Shown piece after piece: positions 14,751-15,937 of a stretch of 15,937 nucleotides of DNA. Numbering within the stretch: the first letter of the stretch is position 1; each line of letters opens with the position of its first letter. The notes below the pieces were generated by a model. It worked only from the letters and a program-made list of their open reading frames with translations. It was not told where the DNA came from and did no database searches. Origin of the DNA: a virus (Duplodnaviria > Heunggongvirae > Uroviricota > Caudoviricetes); IMG/VR virus record IMGVR_UViG_2737471841_000003. One strand, 5' to 3'. The translations under genes were made by a program, and so were the position numbers.

Positions 14751-14796
14751 TTTCTCGATCAAAGGTATTGACAAATGAGAGTAAAGGTGTTATACT
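14751..14796 (+). promoter_or_regulatory. Second tandem near-consensus promoter (13-bp box TTTCTCGATCAAA, then TTGACA, 17-bp spacer, TATACT)
   Basis: Box at 14751-14763, -35 at 14768-14773, -10 at 14791-14796. It lies 80 bp downstream of the 14688 promoter. Confidence 0.6.
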
Positions 14797-14885
14797 TATC
14801 TATAACAGCAAAACTCTACTTTAGAGCCGCTCCATGAGGAGCAAAGCTCCGAAGTGTGATCATAGTCGGTAAATCCCTTACTTAC

Positions 14886-14918
14886 CGGGGGCACTTCTCC
14901 AGCCCCCTCTCTTTTTAA
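14886..14918 (+). terminator. Intrinsic terminator in the leader (GGGGGC, 9-nt loop, GCCCCC, then TCTCTTTTTAA)
   Basis: Stem 14887-14892 pairs with 14902-14907, followed by a T-run at 14908-14916. It is about 110 nt downstream of the predicted start site and about 50 nt upstream of the 14969 start. Confidence 0.5.
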
Positions 14919-14968
14919 CGGTATGGTAAGAAAACATTCTTTATAAGTGATAAAAGAGGTAGTTAATC

Positions 14969-15208
14969 ATGGCTAAACCTTATTCAAATAGCTTTAACAT
15001 TGAAACAATGAGAGCTGATCAGATTGTAGACATGGTGAGGAACCAGGAACTTTCAGAGGAGACGCTCTACATGTTCATCTATCGCACGAAGAACCGTTAC
15101 CCGGAGGTAGATAAGGCATGGAAGGAGATCAAGCGCCTCAAAAAAGAGTTCAAGAAAGAAGCTGAATTGTACTGGCGCAAACGGTTTTTCTATAACTACA
15201 AAGGCTAA
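14969..15208 (+). CDS. Hypothetical basic protein (79 aa)
   Basis: ATG at 14969 with AGAGGT SD. K/R-rich C-terminal half. Confidence 0.6.
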   Translation: MAKPYSNSFNIETMRADQIVDMVRNQELSEETLYMFIYRTKNRYPEVDKAWKEIKRLKKEFKKEAELYWRKRFFYNYKG

Positions 15209-15240
15209 TCGGTAGAGATAACAAAGATAAAGGTGGAAAC

Positions 15241-15756
15241 ATGAGAGCAGTTTTTGATCAGCTGCCGTGGTGGCTTGATTTTCTCGAAGAACTGGACGGA
15301 AAGAAATTTAAACTGACAAAAGGTGAAGCGAGAGCATTTGCTTGTATTCTTACGTATGCCGCGACATGTGGTAAGATTTTCCCGTCACTCCACACAATAG
15401 CCCTTCATATGGGTTTACGGAGTGAAAAACGAGCGCCGACACAGGCGCATAAAGCGATCAAAGGCCTGGAGGAAAAAGGCCTTATACGTGTTAGCCGTCG
15501 CGCTGGGTGTGGAAACCATTATGAACTAGTTTACACAGCAGATCAACTCTTTGAGATGACAAAGCAACAGAATCCAGACTTGTTCAAAGGCTATGAAGAC
15601 ACGTTCGGAGAAGAGGATAGGGAGAGAGAACAGGCAGGGGATAAACCGAAGAAACATGATACAAAACAGGGGGTTACGTGTCAACATGACAACGGTCAAC
15701 CGGATGATATTCACATAGAAGCGTGTGATCTGGATGCTACTGACATACCATTTTAA
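15241..15756 (+). CDS. HTH_36-type winged-helix DNA-binding protein (phage replication/regulatory type), 171 aa, with SSB-like C-terminus (...DLDATDIPF)
   Basis: ATG at 15241 with AAGGTGG SD. The segment LTKGEARAFACILTYAATCGKIFPSLHTIALHMGLRSEKRAPTQAHKAIKGLEEKGLIRVSRR matches the HTH_36 pattern seen in the N-terminal domains of phage replication proteins. The terminal codons GAC ATA CCA TTT TAA were checked. Confidence 0.7.
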   Translation: MRAVFDQLPWWLDFLEELDGKKFKLTKGEARAFACILTYAATCGKIFPSLHTIALHMGLRSEKRAPTQAHKAIKGLEEKGLIRVSRRAGCGNHYELVYTADQLFEMTKQQNPDLFKGYEDTFGEEDREREQAGDKPKKHDTKQGVTCQHDNGQPDDIHIEACDLDATDIPF

Positions 15757-15824
15757 CATAAATCACAGCTCCGCATGAAGCTACGCTGAATAAATCACAC
15801 TGTATTAACAATGAGGTAACAAAA

Positions 15825-15937
15825 ATGAGTTTAGTTGAAAGATTGAAAAAAATCCTCGCCACAGAAGAGGTAGAGGAAGAGGAAGAAGTAGAGAAGGCGG
15901 CGGATCCTAAGCCTGAGAAGGCTGTGAATACCCAGAG
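15825..15937 (+). CDS. 5' end of a downstream gene (partial; MSLVERLKKILATEEVEEEEEVEKAADPKPEKAVNTQ...)
   Basis: ATG at 15825 with GAGGT SD (15813-15817). The ORF is open to the window end. Confidence 0.5.
   Translation, partial: MSLVERLKKILATEEVEEEEEVEKAADPKPEKAVNTQ

Noticed and set aside
12363-14968. tRNA or tmRNA genes in the ORF-free region
   Set aside because: I looked for T-loop-like GTTC(R)A(W)TC motifs with a flanking acceptor stem and found none. A covariance-model scan was not possible, so absence is not proven.
15526-15759. Track ORF 15526..15759(-)
   Set aside because: Antisense inside the HTH_36 gene.

Overview
This window reads as tailed-phage (or prophage) DNA with E. coli-like expression signals; all calls are from reading the sequence by eye, with no database search or RNA folding. 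Layout: (1) 1-2300, + strand, end of an upstream gene and a 712-aa coiled-coil protein (possible tail tape measure) ending at a bidirectional intrinsic terminator. (2) 2314-5360, - strand, a head decoration-like gene and a lambda gpE-family major capsid gene, then a terminator, then a 53-aa HTH protein, a 275-aa unknown and a separately promoted 49-aa basic protein. (3) 5361-6182, an 800-bp control region. (4) 6183-12362, + strand early-like cluster: a T5orf172/GIY-YIG-like homing-endonuclease-like gene, two tiny hydrophobic peptides, a secreted protein, several small acidic proteins, an AntA-like antirepressor and an HTH protein, served by several near-consensus sigma70 promoters. (5) 12363-14968, a ~2.6 kb stretch with no convincing ORF but dense in phased palindromic iterons, operator-like dyads, a C10 tract, a DnaA box, a recurring TGTGGGA heptamer and many hairpins. 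(6) 14688-15937, tandem consensus promoters, a short terminated leader or sRNA, then three genes including an HTH_36-type replication/DNA-binding protein. No tRNA, rRNA or CRISPR array was found. The best candidates for something undescribed are the 2.6 kb ORF-free region with its origin-like iteron array, the promoter-leader-terminator unit at 14688-14920, the post-capsid HTH/275-aa/49-aa unit, and early proteins whose C-termini copy the E. coli SSB tail (DIPF).
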